A program made the translations under genes and the position numbers. The notes under the pieces were generated by a model. It was not told the DNA's origin, ran no database searches, and saw only the letters and a program-made list of their open reading frames with translations. 64,000 nt of DNA, taken from an uncultured Chloroflexia bacterium. Lineage in GTDB: Bacteria > Chloroflexota > Anaerolineae > CG2-30-64-16. Below, piece after piece: positions 62,396 to 64,000 of this stretch; position 1 is the first letter of the stretch; each line of letters starts with the position of its first letter. Location: positions 800,001-864,000 of the forward strand of contig CAVZDU010000002.1 of NCBI GenBank assembly GCA_963774265.1, given 5' to 3'.

Positions 62396-63835
62396 TTATT
62401 GGCCGTGGAATACGATAGCCCGATCGTAGATGATCTCGGTGAACGCCGGCCCGACCGCTGTAGCTGGCTCAAGGTACGCTCGGAACCCCATCCACATGTC
62501 GGGTGGATCATTATTCAGGTCTAGCCTGGCGCAAGTAGTCGTTATCGGTGTGCAGTGCGCTTCCTCGTGACAGTCACGGGCAAACTTCCAGGCATACAAC
62601 GTATCCGGCGCGTTTGCCAGGTAATCCCGAGCGCTTCCTGGGAAGTTGCCGCTCTGCTCGCTGACCAGGCCCAGCAGCAGGTCTTCGCCGTAGATGTCGT
62701 GGCCCGCGTATACGCTGGCGTTCGAGTAGGTCGCTTTTCCGGTTGCCTCGTGGTTGGCCCCGTAAACGATCACGAAGTCATTCGGGCCAAGCCGAAACTC
62801 CGGGACGGTCCGCAAGTACACTGTGTCGCGCGACGGCCCCCACTGGTCGATCCCCCGCTGCAGCCCGTCGTAGCCGTCCGTCAGCCAGACCTGCGTGGTC
62901 TGCTCCTCGCGCGGCACGCTACTATGCCGTGCCAGAATGGCCTGGCGCAGACCTTCGACGGCAGGCATCAGGTCCATCTCGGTCCGTCCTGTGCCCCGTA
63001 CCCTGAGCGGTGGGGCCGGGAATGGATCGGGCGCGGCGCCGACGAGCGTCACACGCAACGCCACCTGTGGCGCGTCCAGGTACTTATTGAGGGCGTCTTC
63101 ATATCCAGGTTTGGGCCGGAACATCCTTTGCGTGAAGTTGAAGATATCGGTGTTCTCATCGTTGCCTAAGCGGGTTAGGGCGCTCGGTACGACCAGCGTG
63201 TTGAGGATGCTCGCCGGATAGCCCGCCTGGCGAGCGGCCGCCTGCACCCGCTCGTCAACACCCCGATCGGCGGTCAGTATGACGATCGTGTCCTTGTCGA
63301 ATGGGTCCGACGCTGGCCCGCTCGTGCGAATCGTCAGGTTGTTGACGGTGTCACCAAGCGGCGCCAGAAGCTCCACCCAGGTCTGTTGCCTTTCGTCCCA
63401 TCGCCAGGCCAGGAACGATTGGACGCTGAAGTAGCTCGTCGGGGGTGGGGTGCGGCCCACGATGATGATGGCCTCGTTGGCGGCCAGCCGGAAGAGCAAG
63501 GGAGACCCGGTCGGAGCTTGTCCGGGCGCATCCGGCACCTGGACCATCTTGTACGGCGCCCCGGCGTTATTGCACTCGCAGGTAGGGATTTGGTTGCTGC
63601 AACAAAGGGTAACAAAGTCCATGCGAGCCAGTTGCCCCTGCTGAACCGCAAACCCCTTCTTCTCAAGGGCCGCGGTGAAGCGAGCGATATCTTGCGGGGT
63701 TCCGATGGGCCCCGCCAACTGGCCCGCAGGGACATCGGGGGACGCACCTGCGGTCGAGGATCCCGCGCTGCTGGTACAGAGCAGCATGGCAACGACGACG
63801 GCAGTCGGGAGCCAGGTCAGTCTTATTGTCTTCAT
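62396..63835 (-). CDS. Secreted hypothetical protein (paralog of 29796..31232)
   Basis: GGAGG RBS, signal peptide, and collinear conserved blocks with the paralog. Confidence 0.8.
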   Translation of the reverse strand: MKTIRLTWLPTAVVVAMLLCTSSAGSSTAGASPDVPAGQLAGPIGTPQDIARFTAALEKKGFAVQQGQLARMDFVTLCCSNQIPTCECNNAGAPYKMVQVPDAPGQAPTGSPLLFRLAANEAIIIVGRTPPPTSYFSVQSFLAWRWDERQQTWVELLAPLGDTVNNLTIRTSGPASDPFDKDTIVILTADRGVDERVQAAARQAGYPASILNTLVVPSALTRLGNDENTDIFNFTQRMFRPKPGYEDALNKYLDAPQVALRVTLVGAAPDPFPAPPLRVRGTGRTEMDLMPAVEGLRQAILARHSSVPREEQTTQVWLTDGYDGLQRGIDQWGPSRDTVYLRTVPEFRLGPNDFVIVYGANHEATGKATYSNASVYAGHDIYGEDLLLGLVSEQSGNFPGSARDYLANAPDTLYAWKFARDCHEEAHCTPITTTCARLDLNNDPPDMWMGFRAYLEPATAVGPAFTEIIYDRAIVFHGQ

Positions 63836-63854
63836 TGTTTCCTCCAATTCAAGA

Positions 63855-63930
63855 CAACACCTCCGACCAACACCAAAGTGTCTATACACTAACACCGTAT
63901 TGTCGATATTCTACTTGTGACTTGAGCAAA
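63855..63930 (+). promoter_or_regulatory. Conserved AACAC-box motif, copy 4 (no regulator immediately upstream)
   Basis: CAACACCTCCGACCAACACCAAAGTGTCTATACACTAACACCG..GATATTCTACTTGTG.CTTGAGCAA. Confidence 0.75.
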
Positions 63931-64000
63931 CGGACGAATGGCACCAGGCGCCGCAGACGAGATGGTTGAGTGGTGGGGCGTCATCAAGAGTGTGACGCCT

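Noticed and set aside
40571-63930. Repeated motif as a CRISPR or REP array
   Set aside because: Copies are kilobases apart, sit at promoter positions, and have no spacers or cas genes.
1-64000. rRNA, tRNA, DGR reverse transcriptase/template, prophage structural genes
   Set aside because: None recognised by eye; tRNAscan-SE and Rfam scans would be needed to exclude small RNAs.

Overview
A GC-rich bacterial accessory region. The gene content (PTPS-related membrane protein, YLPL-x-x-R motif, EAD1-CLec protein, MalT-like/DUF4386 clusters) suggests Chloroflexota, but this is inference only. Layout: (1) 0-8.4 kb, amino-sugar catabolic operon (ROK regulator, nagA, ABC binding protein and two permeases, C45 Ntn-hydrolase, SIS protein). 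(2) 8.4-16.6 kb, integrase remnants around an Fe-S protein and an apparently foreign island of LuxR, atypical PanB, trigger-factor C-domain, SDR and an orphan GroEL with substitutions at key residues. (3) 16.6-24.7 kb, cassette-like genes followed by attC-like hairpins, a probable UxxC selenoprotein and two complementary broken tyrosine recombinase copies. (4) 25-36 kb, Tat arylsulfatase with its maturase, IS elements, a secreted protein, an EAD1-CLec protein with a DGR-like variable tip and an MFS transporter. (5) 37.8-54.6 kb, three tandem MalT-like STAND/LuxR regulators with near-identical HTH domains and diverged sensor domains. Each looks leaderless and is followed by the same ~43-bp AACAC-box motif and different cargo genes; a fourth, orphan motif lies at 63.9 kb. 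(6) 54.7-64 kb, IS630 copies (one nested), a large membrane glycosyltransferase-like gene and a paralog of the secreted protein. Many single-base frameshifts at 38-48 kb may be assembly errors. No rRNA, tRNA or CRISPR array was recognised. All calls come from reading motifs by eye; no database search was run.
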